64,000 bases of DNA from an archaeon (GCA_018657525.1 JABHWZ010000003.1:14840-78839); one strand, 5' to 3'. Positions 1 to 10,725 are shown, counted from the first letter of the stretch. Numbers and translations: made by a program. The notes: a model not told the origin generated them from the letters alone.

Positions 1-1
1 T

Positions 2-697
2 GATTTTAATGAGTTTCTTAATGGAGGTTATGAAAAAGATGTTATCACTATGATTGCTGGGCCGCCGGCGTCTGGGAAAACTAATTTGGGAATTCTTGCA
101 GGATGTAGTTGTTCGCGGGAGGGGAAGAAAGTTATTTTTATTGATAGTGAGGGCGGGTTTTCTGTTGAAAGGGTTAAGCAGATTGTCGGGGAAAACTTTG
201 AAGAAATTTTGGAGAGGTTTTTTTTGTTGGAGCCTGTGAATTTTAAGGAGCAGGCAGAATCGTTTAAGAAACTTTTGCAATATTTGAAAAAGGAGCAGGT
301 AGGTTTGATTGTTATTGATGGGATGTCAATGCTTTATCGGATTGAATTAATGGATGCGTCAAAATCTAAAGATATTGAAAAAGTGCGTGGGGTAAATGGG
401 GAGATGGCAAAACAGATGAGGACTTTGGCAGAGATTGCGCGGAAGCAGAAGATTCCGGTTTTGATCACTAATCAAGTTTATTCAAGTTATGTTGAAGGGG
501 ATGCATTTTCTGAGGAGAAAAAAGTAAATATCATTGGGGGAGATTTGTTTAAGTATTGGAGTAAATGTATTATTCAATTAAATAAAAGTTCGAGTAAACG
601 GAAAGCTATTTTGTTAAAACATCGAAGTTTGCCAGAAAAAGAAATGAGTTTTGAGATTCGGGATAAAGGAATTTTTAAGAAAAAGGGTTTGTTTTAG
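2..697 (+). CDS. radB: DNA repair/recombination protein RadB (5' truncated by window edge)
   Basis: Frame open from window start (DFNEFLNGGYEKDVIT); Walker A GPPASGKT, IDSEGGFSVER, LITNQV and C-terminal KHR motif typical of RadB. Confidence 0.9.
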   Translation, partial: DFNEFLNGGYEKDVITMIAGPPASGKTNLGILAGCSCSREGKKVIFIDSEGGFSVERVKQIVGENFEEILERFFLLEPVNFKEQAESFKKLLQYLKKEQVGLIVIDGMSMLYRIELMDASKSKDIEKVRGVNGEMAKQMRTLAEIARKQKIPVLITNQVYSSYVEGDAFSEEKKVNIIGGDLFKYWSKCIIQLNKSSSKRKAILLKHRSLPEKEMSFEIRDKGIFKKKGLF

Positions 698-746
698 GTG
701 TTCCTATAAAGTGATTACATTTAGAAAGATTTATAAATGGTTTTGA

Positions 747-1439
747 ATGATAAAATTTATGGAAAAATATTTGACTTTGGATGAGATGAGACAAGAATAT
801 CCAATTGTGTTAGTTGATACTTCAGCGATTGCCCGTTATTGGACTATTGATCCAGATAAATCTAATCGTTGGATAAATGATTGTTCAGATCAATTAAGAC
901 TTAATGCTTTATCTTTTTTTGATAGACTTTCTGAGGAGGATACTGTTTCTTTTTATATTATAGGTGGAGTTTATAATGAATTAAGGAGTGCTTCTAAAAA
1001 AAAGGTTAAAGGAAAAAAGGATAATAGATTTAAGGGGGGGAAGAGAATAAAAATCAGGAGTAATGGGGATAAGGATAGAGGTTTAACTAAGGTATTGGCG
1101 GGAAATACAAGAAGGTTAGGAAATAGACTTAAGTCAAGAGGTTTTGTTGTTGATTTAAGTGAGGAAGAAAAATTAGCTAAGCAAAGATTTGAAAGTGAAT
1201 ATTTTGGACTTAAAGGAGAGTATGGATTGAGTGAGGTTGATTTTGAACACTTATCTACTGGGGCTGTCTTATCTAAATCAAGAGGTTCTACAGCATTGGT
1301 TTCATTAGATTTGCCTTTGGTTAATTCTTGGAAGAGATTAGTTAGAGAAGGAGTTTGTTCTTATTCTTCTTTGGGGTTTTTTTTGAGAAAAGGTGGAATA
1401 AATTCTTTTGAAAGAAATTTGGTAGATCTTAGAGGTTAA
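747..1439 (+). CDS. PIN-domain-like protein
   Basis: N-terminal VLVDTSA, internal VYNEL and GLSEVD...VSLD acidic pattern resemble PIN/Nob1-like nucleases. Confidence 0.5.
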   Translation: MIKFMEKYLTLDEMRQEYPIVLVDTSAIARYWTIDPDKSNRWINDCSDQLRLNALSFFDRLSEEDTVSFYIIGGVYNELRSASKKKVKGKKDNRFKGGKRIKIRSNGDKDRGLTKVLAGNTRRLGNRLKSRGFVVDLSEEEKLAKQRFESEYFGLKGEYGLSEVDFEHLSTGAVLSKSRGSTALVSLDLPLVNSWKRLVREGVCSYSSLGFFLRKGGINSFERNLVDLRG

Positions 1440-1444
1440 GATTT

Positions 1445-1831
1445 TTAATTAGCGTAAAGTTTTGTTCTTGTTTTGTTTAGTATTTCTTTTTCTCTTTTTG
1501 ATAAGGGTTGTCGGTAGATAGCATTACATTTTGGACATTGATATGTTGATATTGGTTCTTCCATGTCGGGTAAGTGTTCACTACTAGTTGATTTATTTAA
1601 TTTTGTTTCATCAAAAAAACAAGTATCTCTATGGGATGTTTTTGAAATAAATGCTAATCTATAAGATGCTCTTCCCCAGGGAATTATTATTAAGCCGCTT
1701 ATTCCCTCTGCATCTAATTCTTCTCTTTTTCGTTGGAACTTTTCTTCCCACATTTTGTGAATTTTATCTTGTCTTTCACATGCTCTTGTATTTGCTTCAC
1801 GACTTCTTTGTACATCTCCTAAGTTTGCCAT
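1445..1831 (-). CDS. hypothetical protein with CPKC motif
   Basis: 128-aa ORF; GGAG upstream of ATG. Confidence 0.55.
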   Translation of the reverse strand: MANLGDVQRSREANTRACERQDKIHKMWEEKFQRKREELDAEGISGLIIIPWGRASYRLAFISKTSHRDTCFFDETKLNKSTSSEHLPDMEEPISTYQCPKCNAIYRQPLSKREKEILNKTRTKLYAN

Positions 1832-1943
1832 CTCCTCTCTAATTGTTTGTCCTTTTTAAGAATTGTTATCTTGTTTTGTTAAATTTGAGATTGGTTAGTT
1901 TGAGAATATAAATGTTATTATAGTTGTAAGTTTATTTTTATTT

Positions 1944-3152
1944 ATGGGGGATAATATTCGTTTTGAAGTTGTGAAGAAAATTGCTGAGACTAATTTTAAA
2001 CTTAAGAATTTAGATAAAATTTCGCAGTTGAATTCTGTTAGTCCGCCGAGTGTTTTTATTGGTTCGAAGTTGAAGTATCCGTTTATGAATGTGGGGATTT
2101 TGTCTCCGATTCAACGGGAGGAAAATGCGTGGGTTTATGATGATGCGAAATATTGGGCGCAGAATGATTTTCAGATTTCTGATGTTATTAAATTGAGAGA
2201 GAGTTTGTTGAATTCTAGATTTAGAACTCGGGCAGGAGATGTGCGTCGGAAAAATAAGTTTTTGGATATTGCAAAAGAGTTAGCTGTTGCTTATAAGCCG
2301 GTTGATGTTGAGATTGAATTAAAGCGACGTGTTAAAGTTTATAGGCAGAAAGACCGTGTTACAATGCCGCAGGCGATGGGTGCTCCGTTGCAAAAAGCAA
2401 GGATTACTTCAAATGTTAAAGTTCATCAGAAAGTTGATAAAATGATGAATGATGAGGTGAAGGCTTCAGAGGCTTTGGGAATTTTGTATAAGACTAATAT
2501 TGATGAATATGCTTTGAGTAAAATTTTGAGTATTGGTGCTTTGGGTTTAAAGAAAAATAAAAAGTTGGTTCCGACGCGTTGGTCGATTACTGCTACTGAT
2601 GATTCTCTTGGGAAAAATTTGTTAAGTAATATTCGAGATTATAAATGGATTGAAGATTATGAATTGTTTTTTGGAGAGTTTATGGGAAATCAGTATTTGA
2701 TTATGCTGTTTCCGAATGTTTGGAGTTATGAGCTGTTTGAATTGTATTATCCTGGAAGTTCTTGGAATCCGAGTTCGGAGATTAAGGCTTCGACGGATTT
2801 TGAAAGTTATGGTGGGCGGAAGAGTTATGCATTTAATTGTGCAGGAGGGTATTATGCTGCGCGGTTGCCGATTTTAGAGTATTTGGAATCAATTAAGCGA
2901 CAGGCCAGTGTTTTGGTTATTCGTTTGGAAACGCCATCTTATTGGGCGGCTTTGGGGGTTTGGGTTGTGAGGGAAAGTGTCAGGAAAGCGATTAAAAATG
3001 GAGTTAGATTATTTGATTCTCGAGAGGAACTTTTGGAGAGTGTTAAAAAAATTGCAAAGATAAAATATGATTTTGATGCACATCAGATTTTGAATCAAAG
3101 TAAATTATTATTGCAGATAAAAAATCAGCGGAATTTGGGAGAATGGTTCTAA
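1944..3152 (+). CDS. Nre-family DNA repair protein (PCNA-interacting)
   Basis: SPPSVFIG, LVPTRWSITATDD, GGYYAARL, LGVWVVRE motifs; C-terminal PIP box QRNLGEWF. Confidence 0.9.
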   Translation: MGDNIRFEVVKKIAETNFKLKNLDKISQLNSVSPPSVFIGSKLKYPFMNVGILSPIQREENAWVYDDAKYWAQNDFQISDVIKLRESLLNSRFRTRAGDVRRKNKFLDIAKELAVAYKPVDVEIELKRRVKVYRQKDRVTMPQAMGAPLQKARITSNVKVHQKVDKMMNDEVKASEALGILYKTNIDEYALSKILSIGALGLKKNKKLVPTRWSITATDDSLGKNLLSNIRDYKWIEDYELFFGEFMGNQYLIMLFPNVWSYELFELYYPGSSWNPSSEIKASTDFESYGGRKSYAFNCAGGYYAARLPILEYLESIKRQASVLVIRLETPSYWAALGVWVVRESVRKAIKNGVRLFDSREELLESVKKIAKIKYDFDAHQILNQSKLLLQIKNQRNLGEWF

Positions 3153-3194
3153 GTCAAGGGTAAAGATTTTGGGAATTTTTTAGTTAATTTTAAA

Positions 3195-5630
3195 TTAATT
3201 TGCAGAATTTTCCATATCTTTTTTATACTCTTCTTTCTTTTTTTCCCAAGCTTGATTTGTGGGGCATTTTGGATTAAAGCAGAATATCCATGGTTTCTTT
3301 TTTGGTTGAAGTGCCATTAGCAGAGGGTATTGACATTCTTTGCAAATTTGTTTTGTTTTTTTGATTGTTCTATTTGGAGGAAGACTAAGAGTATTTTTAC
3401 AATTTGGGTAAGAATCGCAAGCGATGAAAGATCTTTTCCATTTTTTTGAATAATTTATTGCAAGGTCTCCTTTTTTACATTTTGGACATTGGATTATTTT
3501 GTTTTCAATTTTTTGCTGTTCTCGCTGTTTAACATTTGCTTCAAGTAATTCTTTTCCAATATCTTTTTCATTTTTTTCAAAATCTTTGGCTATCTGGGTA
3601 ATTTTTTCCTTTGCTTGATTTAATGTTTCTTGTTCTTTTTCTATTAGGTTTTTTTTGTTTTTTGTTTCGCGGATTTTTTCCATTTCTCCTTCAAATTTTC
3701 TGGTTAGTTCTGCATCAATTATTATTGGAGAATATTTTTCCAATGTATCTATTAAAGATATCCCTAATGATGTAGCTTTGATGCTTTCTCCTTGGATGTA
3801 TCCCCTGTCGTAAAGAGTTTCTAAAATTGATGCTCTCGTTGCCTTTGTTCCTAAATTCCTTTTTTCTAGTTGTGTTAATATTGAGGCCGGAGAAAATCTT
3901 TTCGGAGGCTGTGTTTCTTTTTCTTCTATCCTTGAATTGGTGATTTTTACTTCTCCCTCCATATCAGGGATTTTTTCTTCTTTTATTTTTGCGGGGTAAA
4001 TTTTTAGCCAATTTTTTTCTCGTATTACTGCACCTCTAGCTGAAAAGATTAATTCGTTCATTTTTGTTTTGACAGTTTTGTTATCAATTATTGCGTCCTC
4101 GCAGAATAGAGATAAGAATCTTCTTGCGATTAAATTATAAATTTTTTCTTCATTGCCTGATAAAATTTGTTCGTTTCCGGTAGGGTAGATGGATGGATGG
4201 GCAGGGTCTTCTTTTTTACCTTCAGTGGGGGTATTTTTTTTAATTAAGTTTTCAACCTTATATCTTTTGGAAATTTTTTTTAAAATTGTTTTGTATCCTA
4301 TTTCTTTAGGAAGTTTTTGTGAAGAGGTTCGGGGGTAAGATATTAATCCAGATAAATAAAGTGCTTGCGCGGAACGGAGAGTTTTACTGGGGGTGATTCC
4401 ATGTAATTTGTATGCTTCTCTTTGGAGGTCTGTTAAATTAAAGGGGGTTGGTGGAGGCAATATTTGTTCTCTTTTTTTTGTTTCAGCGATGGTTGTTTTT
4501 CCATTAAGATTTTTAAATTTTTCAAGTTCTTTTTTATCGAAGATATCTTGATTATGTTTTAATTCTAATTTATTTTTTTTATTGTTAATTGTTATGAATA
4601 TTTGCCAAAAAGGTTCTGATTTAAATTTGGAGATTTCTTTTTCTTTATCAACTATTAATTTTAGTGCTGGACCTTGTACTCGTCCAATTGACATAATTCT
4701 AAATTTGCCTGTTGTTTTTATTGCATTCATTAAAGCTCTTGAAAGATTGATTCCATAAAACCAATCTAGATAGTGTCTGGTTTCTCCTGCTATTGCTTGT
4801 CCCCATTCAATGGTGGGGAGTTTGTTTTCATAGGCATTATTAAGTTCATCTTTTGTTAAGGTCGAGAATTTCATTCTTTTTGCATCTTTTTGATTACAAA
4901 TATAACGAACAATGTTCATGCCGATTACTTCCCCCTCTATGTCAAAATCTGTTGCGACAGTTAATGATCCTGCATTTTTTGTTAATTTTAAAATTGTATC
5001 ATGATATTTTTTTGTGAAGTCTCCTTTTCTGGCTAAATAGTTTGGAATCCATTTGACTTCAAATATTGGAATACTTGATCCAGCAATTATTTGTTTGAGA
5101 GTGAATAAATGACCCACTGCACAAGCGACGATTATTTTTTGTCCGTTTCTATCAACTTCATAATAGGGTATTTTATTATTTTCTTGAGTTATTGTATCTC
5201 CAAGTGCGGTTGCTATTTTAAGAGCGGCTTGTGGTTTTTCAGTTATAATTAATTCATATCCTGTATTTTTTAATCCTATTTTTTGAGGATTATATTTGAC
5301 TATTTTTGAAGTTGTTGTCTTTGCTTTTTTTTTGGCTTTTTTTCTTGTTCCCTTTCTTTTTTTATATTTTCTTTTTGGTTTTATTGGAGTTGATTCAATG
5401 GTTTCTAAAGATTCTCTATCAGGTCTGCTGAACTTTTTCTCAATGGTTGCTTTGGAGATTTGTTCTTTTGATAATGGCATTTCAGGTATTTTTCTTTCTG
5501 TAATTTTTTTTTCTTCTACGATTGTGTTTTTTACTTTTTTTTCGGTTGCTCTTTCTACATTTGATTCATCTACTCTAAAAAAGTTTTCTACAATTTTTTC
5601 TTCTCGGGGTTTTTGTTTTTTTAGGGGCAT
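3195..5630 (-). CDS. topA: DNA topoisomerase IA with basic N-terminal extension and C-terminal Zn ribbons
   Basis: Toprim ITEKP / ATDFDIEGE, SIGRVQ, catalytic ISYPRT, LGTKATR. Confidence 0.95.
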   Translation of the reverse strand: MPLKKQKPREEKIVENFFRVDESNVERATEKKVKNTIVEEKKITERKIPEMPLSKEQISKATIEKKFSRPDRESLETIESTPIKPKRKYKKRKGTRKKAKKKAKTTTSKIVKYNPQKIGLKNTGYELIITEKPQAALKIATALGDTITQENNKIPYYEVDRNGQKIIVACAVGHLFTLKQIIAGSSIPIFEVKWIPNYLARKGDFTKKYHDTILKLTKNAGSLTVATDFDIEGEVIGMNIVRYICNQKDAKRMKFSTLTKDELNNAYENKLPTIEWGQAIAGETRHYLDWFYGINLSRALMNAIKTTGKFRIMSIGRVQGPALKLIVDKEKEISKFKSEPFWQIFITINNKKNKLELKHNQDIFDKKELEKFKNLNGKTTIAETKKREQILPPPTPFNLTDLQREAYKLHGITPSKTLRSAQALYLSGLISYPRTSSQKLPKEIGYKTILKKISKRYKVENLIKKNTPTEGKKEDPAHPSIYPTGNEQILSGNEEKIYNLIARRFLSLFCEDAIIDNKTVKTKMNELIFSARGAVIREKNWLKIYPAKIKEEKIPDMEGEVKITNSRIEEKETQPPKRFSPASILTQLEKRNLGTKATRASILETLYDRGYIQGESIKATSLGISLIDTLEKYSPIIIDAELTRKFEGEMEKIRETKNKKNLIEKEQETLNQAKEKITQIAKDFEKNEKDIGKELLEANVKQREQQKIENKIIQCPKCKKGDLAINYSKKWKRSFIACDSYPNCKNTLSLPPNRTIKKTKQICKECQYPLLMALQPKKKPWIFCFNPKCPTNQAWEKKKEEYKKDMENSAN

Positions 5631-5680
5631 TTTTATGCTTTTATAAGGGAATTAGTTTTTATATGTTTTTGTTTGTTGGA

Positions 5681-6523
5681 TTATATCTTAAAATATTTGT
5701 TTATTTCTTCCAGTCTTTTTTCAGAATCCATTGAAGAAGAAAACATTTTCCAGAAGATTTTTTTTATCCACTCTGTCCATTCTTTATCTTTGATTGTATA
5801 GAAGACAAATATTTTTTTGTTTAATTCTCCGGTTTTTCCAGTTGGTTCTTTTATTTCTTTTAGTCTAAATGTTTTATCATCAAAAATTATTGCTCTTAGT
5901 GGCTGTTCTCTATGCCTTATTTCTATTAGATTTTTATTGTGTTTGAAATTTAAGGCTAAAACTTTTTCTATGTTTTCTTTTCCTATTAAATCTACTCTAC
6001 AGATTATCTTTATCTTTATATTTTTTTTGATTAATTTTTCAAGTAATTTTAAGAAATTTGTTGCCTTATCTTTGAGGTTGGTCCAAGACAAATTTCCTGA
6101 GAAAATAATAACTTCTTTTTTGGCTTTTTCAAAAAGTTCTGTTAATTCTTGGAAATTTGTTTTATCTTCGGAGCTTGCTTTTTCGATTGTTATTTTTTTA
6201 TCTTTATCTTTGACTTGTTGGAAAATATCAAAACCTGAAAAAGATTCTTTTGTTTTAGAATTCATTATTTGATTTTCTAAGTTTTCTTGAAGTTTGGTTT
6301 GTTTAGCATTTTCATTTAAATTCCAGTAAACTATTTTTAATGCTCCTCGTGTTCCGCCTCGGAAAGTTCTTGTTTCGATTGTTCCAAATTCTTGAGTTAT
6401 TTGTTGGATATATCTATCGGCTGTCCTCCAATTTTTTTTAATATATTCAGCCACTTCATTTATGCTTCGTGGTTTTTGAGAAACAAATTCTTCTATTTTT
6501 TTGATTATTTCTCGATTTAACAT
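5681..6523 (-). CDS. HTH transcriptional regulator with TrmB-like C-terminal domain
   Basis: N-terminal HTH (RSINEVAEYIKKNWRTADRYI); C-terminal AKKEVIIFSG...RAIIFDDK pattern; divergent from downstream operon. Confidence 0.6.
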   Translation of the reverse strand: MLNREIIKKIEEFVSQKPRSINEVAEYIKKNWRTADRYIQQITQEFGTIETRTFRGGTRGALKIVYWNLNENAKQTKLQENLENQIMNSKTKESFSGFDIFQQVKDKDKKITIEKASSEDKTNFQELTELFEKAKKEVIIFSGNLSWTNLKDKATNFLKLLEKLIKKNIKIKIICRVDLIGKENIEKVLALNFKHNKNLIEIRHREQPLRAIIFDDKTFRLKEIKEPTGKTGELNKKIFVFYTIKDKEWTEWIKKIFWKMFSSSMDSEKRLEEINKYFKI

Positions 6524-6619
6524 ATAGAAATTAATATTTTGAAGTTTTTAACTATTGTGCAACTATGTGTATATATTTTTGTAGGTAAATGTCATAAATA
6601 ATACAACTCTTTGAATATT

Positions 6620-7219
6620 ATGGAAAAAAATAGGTTGATTTTAATCGGCGGGTGTCCTGGAACAGGTAAAACAACTTTGGCAATTAAACTTGCGGATAAA
6701 TTGGGGATTGATCAGGTCGTTTCTACTGATACTGTTAGGGCGTGTTTAAAAAGTGTTTCTGATTGTGATTCTAACCCTTTTTTATTTACTGTTACTCATG
6801 AGGCTTGGAAGATTCTTGGAGAGAGAACAAATGAAAATATTTGGGGGGGATTTCTCAAACATTGTGAGATAATTTATTCAAGTTTAAAATTTATTATAAA
6901 TAAATCTGCAATAGAGGGGAGAGATGTAATTATTGAAGGAGCGCATCTTATACCAAATTTTTGCAAATTTATTGATACAAGTAAATTTGATGTTCACTTC
7001 TTTTTTTTAAGAGTTGAGTCTGATTCTGGTTTAATCAGAAGGTTTGATTTGAAAAATTCTTGTAGAAGGATTAATTATTCTGGATGGGGGAAAAATTTAA
7101 AAATTATACGTTTTATTGAGGGTAAAATTTTTAAGAAATTGCCAAATAATGTTTTTGTTTTGAAAAATGAGGATCTTATTTTTTCTTTAAATAAATGTTT
7201 GGAGACTATTTTTAAATGA
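6620..7219 (+). CDS. P-loop kinase, 2-phosphoglycerate-kinase-like
   Basis: LIGGCPGTGKTT, VVSTDTVR, VIIEGAHL. Confidence 0.75.
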   Translation: MEKNRLILIGGCPGTGKTTLAIKLADKLGIDQVVSTDTVRACLKSVSDCDSNPFLFTVTHEAWKILGERTNENIWGGFLKHCEIIYSSLKFIINKSAIEGRDVIIEGAHLIPNFCKFIDTSKFDVHFFFLRVESDSGLIRRFDLKNSCRRINYSGWGKNLKIIRFIEGKIFKKLPNNVFVLKNEDLIFSLNKCLETIFK

Positions 7220-8385
7220 GGTTTTATATTTTTAATTCTCAAATTTGTATGAGGTTAAAATTGTTTGGAGAGGATTTGAAGAAATTATTTATCTTGAACG
7301 GATGGGAAGAAACTTCTTTAGAGACCGCAGATTATATTTTTATTAATTCTTGTAGTTTTTTAAAATCTAAAGAAGATTTTTTTATTAAAAAAATTGGAGG
7401 TTATGATTTTTCAAAAAAGAGAAGTCAAAAAATATTTGTTTTTGGGTGTTTATCTTCTTCGAATCCATCTAGAATTGAGGCGATAAATAAGGAGATTGTT
7501 TTATTTGGTAGAGGATTGGAGCAGTTTGTTGAATATTTTAAATTTAAAAAGACAGACTTTTCTTGTAGTTATACTTCCGTTGAAAAATTATCTTTTTATA
7601 AACAATTTTTGTCTTTTATGAATTTTTTTTTATGGCAGAATCCAAATATTGATTATCGGTTAAAAAGGGATAAGATTTTTCATTTGAAGATTTCTGAAGG
7701 TTGTTTGGGTAATTGTAGTTATTGTTCAGAAAAGTTCACCACTAAATTAAAGAGTAGGAAGATAAACAATCTAATTTTTGAATTCAAGGAGGGGATAAAA
7801 AGAGGATTTTCTATTTTTTGTTTTAATTCAGATGATACTTCTGTTTTTGGAAGGGATAATGATGAAAATATTTATGATTTGTTGGCAGGAGTCTTAAATT
7901 TGAATGGAGATTTTTTATTAGCAGTCACAGAATTTAATCCGGGAGGTTTATTGGATGAAAGGGCAGTGGATTTATTAACTTCTTCTAAAATTTGTTATAT
8001 CACTTTGCCGATTCAGAGTGGAAGTCAAAAAATCTTGGATAAAATGAATAGGTGTTATAATATCAATGAGATTATTGATAAAATTTTACTTATTAAAAAG
8101 TTAAATCCTTTAGTTAAAATAAATACTCATTTAATTGTGGGCTTTCCTGGGGAAACAGATTTTGATTTTGATAAGACCCTGTCTTTGGTTAAAAGTGGAG
8201 TTTTTGATAGAGTTAAAATTTTTAAATATAGTAATCGGCCATTTACTAAAGCTTCTAAATTTATAGGTAAAATTTCTGAGGAAATTAAAGATAAGAGGGT
8301 TAGAATGATTAAGAAGGCTATTTTACTCAATATTATTAAAAAAGGGAGTTTCCCAGATTTCATTCTTAATTTTGGGGGTATATGA
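7216..8385 (+). CDS. MiaB/RimO-like radical SAM methylthiotransferase, no TRAM domain
   Basis: UPF0004-type Cys (ICM, NSCSF, GCL); CLGNCSYC; PIQSGS; IVGFPGET. Confidence 0.85.
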   Translation: MRFYIFNSQICMRLKLFGEDLKKLFILNGWEETSLETADYIFINSCSFLKSKEDFFIKKIGGYDFSKKRSQKIFVFGCLSSSNPSRIEAINKEIVLFGRGLEQFVEYFKFKKTDFSCSYTSVEKLSFYKQFLSFMNFFLWQNPNIDYRLKRDKIFHLKISEGCLGNCSYCSEKFTTKLKSRKINNLIFEFKEGIKRGFSIFCFNSDDTSVFGRDNDENIYDLLAGVLNLNGDFLLAVTEFNPGGLLDERAVDLLTSSKICYITLPIQSGSQKILDKMNRCYNINEIIDKILLIKKLNPLVKINTHLIVGFPGETDFDFDKTLSLVKSGVFDRVKIFKYSNRPFTKASKFIGKISEEIKDKRVRMIKKAILLNIIKKGSFPDFILNFGGI

Positions 8386-9251
8386 TGTTTCAAGATTGTG
8401 ATTATATTTTGGATGAAGAAGATAATTTTTGGATAGTTCATAAAGGGGGAAAAGAAGTTTATGCTAATCGGGTTTTTAATGTGGATGAAAATGGGGATCG
8501 ATATAATGCTTTAACTAAAAAAAAATATTCTAAGGTTATTTTAGATAATTTTTCTATCCAGATTTTTAAGGGAAAGATAAAACGTATTTTTAAACCACGA
8601 GAATTTTTTAAAGATAACTTTGAGGTAATGTCCCTTTCTTGGAAAAAAATTCCTCTTGCTTTAATGAGTGTCGGCATTTCCAAGGAGAATATAGGAATTT
8701 TTGGATCATATATGTTAGGGTTTGAAATTATTAAAGATGTGGATTTTATTGTTTATGGATTGGCTAATTTTAAAATTATTAAAAAGAATATAAAAAAAAT
8801 AAAAGAAATTTTGCATACTTCAGATATAACCCCCGAGCATATAGATTATCAAATTAAAAAATATGCTTTTTTATATTCCTCTGAAAATCAATTCGGAAAA
8901 ATTCTTCAAAGAAATTGGGCAGGGATACAGATTGGAAAAGGAGTTTTGAGTACAATTAGATTCGTTTATTTCAATGATGAATCTCCTAAAGATCTATTTA
9001 TTAAATTTGGAGCAAAAACTATTTTGAAAGGAATTGTTGTTGAATCAGAGGGAACTAATTTTGTTCCCCGTATAGCTTTTATAGATTCTCCTTTTGGAAG
9101 AATTAGAATTCTTAGTTATTTTTGGATGTTTAATTCTTTTTTGAAAAAAGGAGAAGAGATTAAGATTTGTGGGGATTATTGCGAAGAGAATAAAACAATT
9201 TATCTTTCAGATGATGACTCTTGGATTAAATATCTGGGGGAAGATTGTTAA
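8382..9251 (+). CDS. predicted Pol-beta-type nucleotidyltransferase
   Basis: IGIFGSYMLG...KDVDFIVYG signature. Confidence 0.7.
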   Translation: MMFQDCDYILDEEDNFWIVHKGGKEVYANRVFNVDENGDRYNALTKKKYSKVILDNFSIQIFKGKIKRIFKPREFFKDNFEVMSLSWKKIPLALMSVGISKENIGIFGSYMLGFEIIKDVDFIVYGLANFKIIKKNIKKIKEILHTSDITPEHIDYQIKKYAFLYSSENQFGKILQRNWAGIQIGKGVLSTIRFVYFNDESPKDLFIKFGAKTILKGIVVESEGTNFVPRIAFIDSPFGRIRILSYFWMFNSFLKKGEEIKICGDYCEENKTIYLSDDDSWIKYLGEDC

Positions 9252-9252
9252 A

Positions 9253-9813
9253 ATGATTAAAAATATTAAAATTGTCTTTATTGGAAGAAGTAGTTCCGGA
9301 AAAACAACTTTGTTAAATGAATTTGGAAGAAGAGGATGTAAGTGTTTGCATGAGACTGCAAGAGAAGTTTTGAAAGAAAGAAAACAGATTTTAGTCAGAG
9401 GGAAATATGAAAATCCTGATTTGCAAGAACATTTTATTAGACAAAAATTAATGTATGAAAAACAATTGGAAAATGAAAAAAAATCTTCTGGGTTGGTTTT
9501 TCATGATCGAAGTTTAGTTGATGTTTTGGCTTATACAAATTATTTTGGGGTTGACGATTCATTTATTGATAAAAATTTATTGAGGGGGAGATATGATTTG
9601 GTTTTTAATCTCGAACAAAGAGAATTTATTGTAGATGAAGAAAGAATCGAAAGCGGAGCGGAAGAGGCTCAAAGGATTCATGATTGCGTGTTGGAGACTT
9701 ACAAGAATTTGGGTTATTCATTAATTATTGTTCCTAATTTTCGTGAAGATAGATTAGATAATGCAATGCAGCGAGCTTGGTTTGTTAAGAATTCTATTTG
9801 TGAAAGGAGGTGA
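9253..9813 (+). CDS. AAA_28/NadR-like P-loop ATPase/kinase
   Basis: GRSSSGKTT, ETAREV, DRSLVD, YDLVF; start re-called to ATG 9253. Confidence 0.8.
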   Translation: MIKNIKIVFIGRSSSGKTTLLNEFGRRGCKCLHETAREVLKERKQILVRGKYENPDLQEHFIRQKLMYEKQLENEKKSSGLVFHDRSLVDVLAYTNYFGVDDSFIDKNLLRGRYDLVFNLEQREFIVDEERIESGAEEAQRIHDCVLETYKNLGYSLIIVPNFREDRLDNAMQRAWFVKNSICERR

Positions 9814-10109
9814 AAAATAAAATGAAAAGAGATATGAGAAAAAGTGAATTTTCTTTTGAATGCTTGGGACCAGATTCTTTTGGAGGGCGAGATGTAAATT
9901 TTAATTGTCTCCCGGATGGTCATCAACATCAGTGCCCATTAAGAAAATTTTTGCATAATGATATTTTGTATGGAGATAATTCAGGAGAATGGAAGTGTAC
10001 TTCTCCCAAAGGTGAAAGAGAGGTTGGAGATTTAGGAGGTCCAGGAGATTTTTCTAAATGTGATTATTTTGGAGAGTATCGGGATTGTAAATTTTTTATT
10101 TCAGAGTAA
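9810..10109 (+). CDS. Cys-rich hypothetical protein
   Basis: Overlaps upstream stop; GGAGG RBS. Confidence 0.5.
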   Translation: MKNKMKRDMRKSEFSFECLGPDSFGGRDVNFNCLPDGHQHQCPLRKFLHNDILYGDNSGEWKCTSPKGEREVGDLGGPGDFSKCDYFGEYRDCKFFISE

Positions 10110-10119
10110 AAGGATTAAT

Positions 10120-10725
10120 CTAAATTTCGAAAATGGCAGGTTTTCGTGCAACATTTATTACTTTTGTTTTTCCTATTTTTTCTTCAATTCCTCCTGCCTC
10201 GTGAATGTGGGCAGTTATTGCAATGTCTGGGGAGAATTTTTTAATTGCTTTAGTTACTGCTTCTGAGCCTGGGAAACCTGTGAATTCTGCTTGGCCACCT
10301 TTAGGATGCATGTGGGTTACCATTATTTTTCTTTTTGAATCTTTTAATTTTTTATTTCCTTTTTCAAGTAAATTAAATAATTGTTTAGATTTGTGTCCCT
10401 TAATTCCCCAATCAACTGTGCCTGCTCCAAAAATTCCTAAATCTCCTTTTTTAATTGAATAGCCATGGAGATTTGTAGTTCCTGGTCCGTACATTTCTGC
10501 GAGGAATTCTGTTGTTGCTACAGATTCATGATTTCCCGGGATTATGATGACTTCTTTTTTTTCTTTTAAAAAAGGACCAATTAAATTTTTGGTAGACATT
10601 TCTCCCATTGTTAAATCGCCAGCTAGAATGACTAAATCTACTTTTTCTTTTGTTGCTCTTTTTGCTAGTTTTTTTACGAGGCCAGTATCTCCGTGAATGT
10701 CTCCGACCGCTAAAATTTTTGTCAT
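10120..10725 (-). CDS. calcineurin-like metallophosphoesterase
   Basis: GDIHG, AGD, GNHE, THMHP, AHIHE. Confidence 0.92.
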   Translation of the reverse strand: MTKILAVGDIHGDTGLVKKLAKRATKEKVDLVILAGDLTMGEMSTKNLIGPFLKEKKEVIIIPGNHESVATTEFLAEMYGPGTTNLHGYSIKKGDLGIFGAGTVDWGIKGHKSKQLFNLLEKGNKKLKDSKRKIMVTHMHPKGGQAEFTGFPGSEAVTKAIKKFSPDIAITAHIHEAGGIEEKIGKTKVINVARKPAIFEI

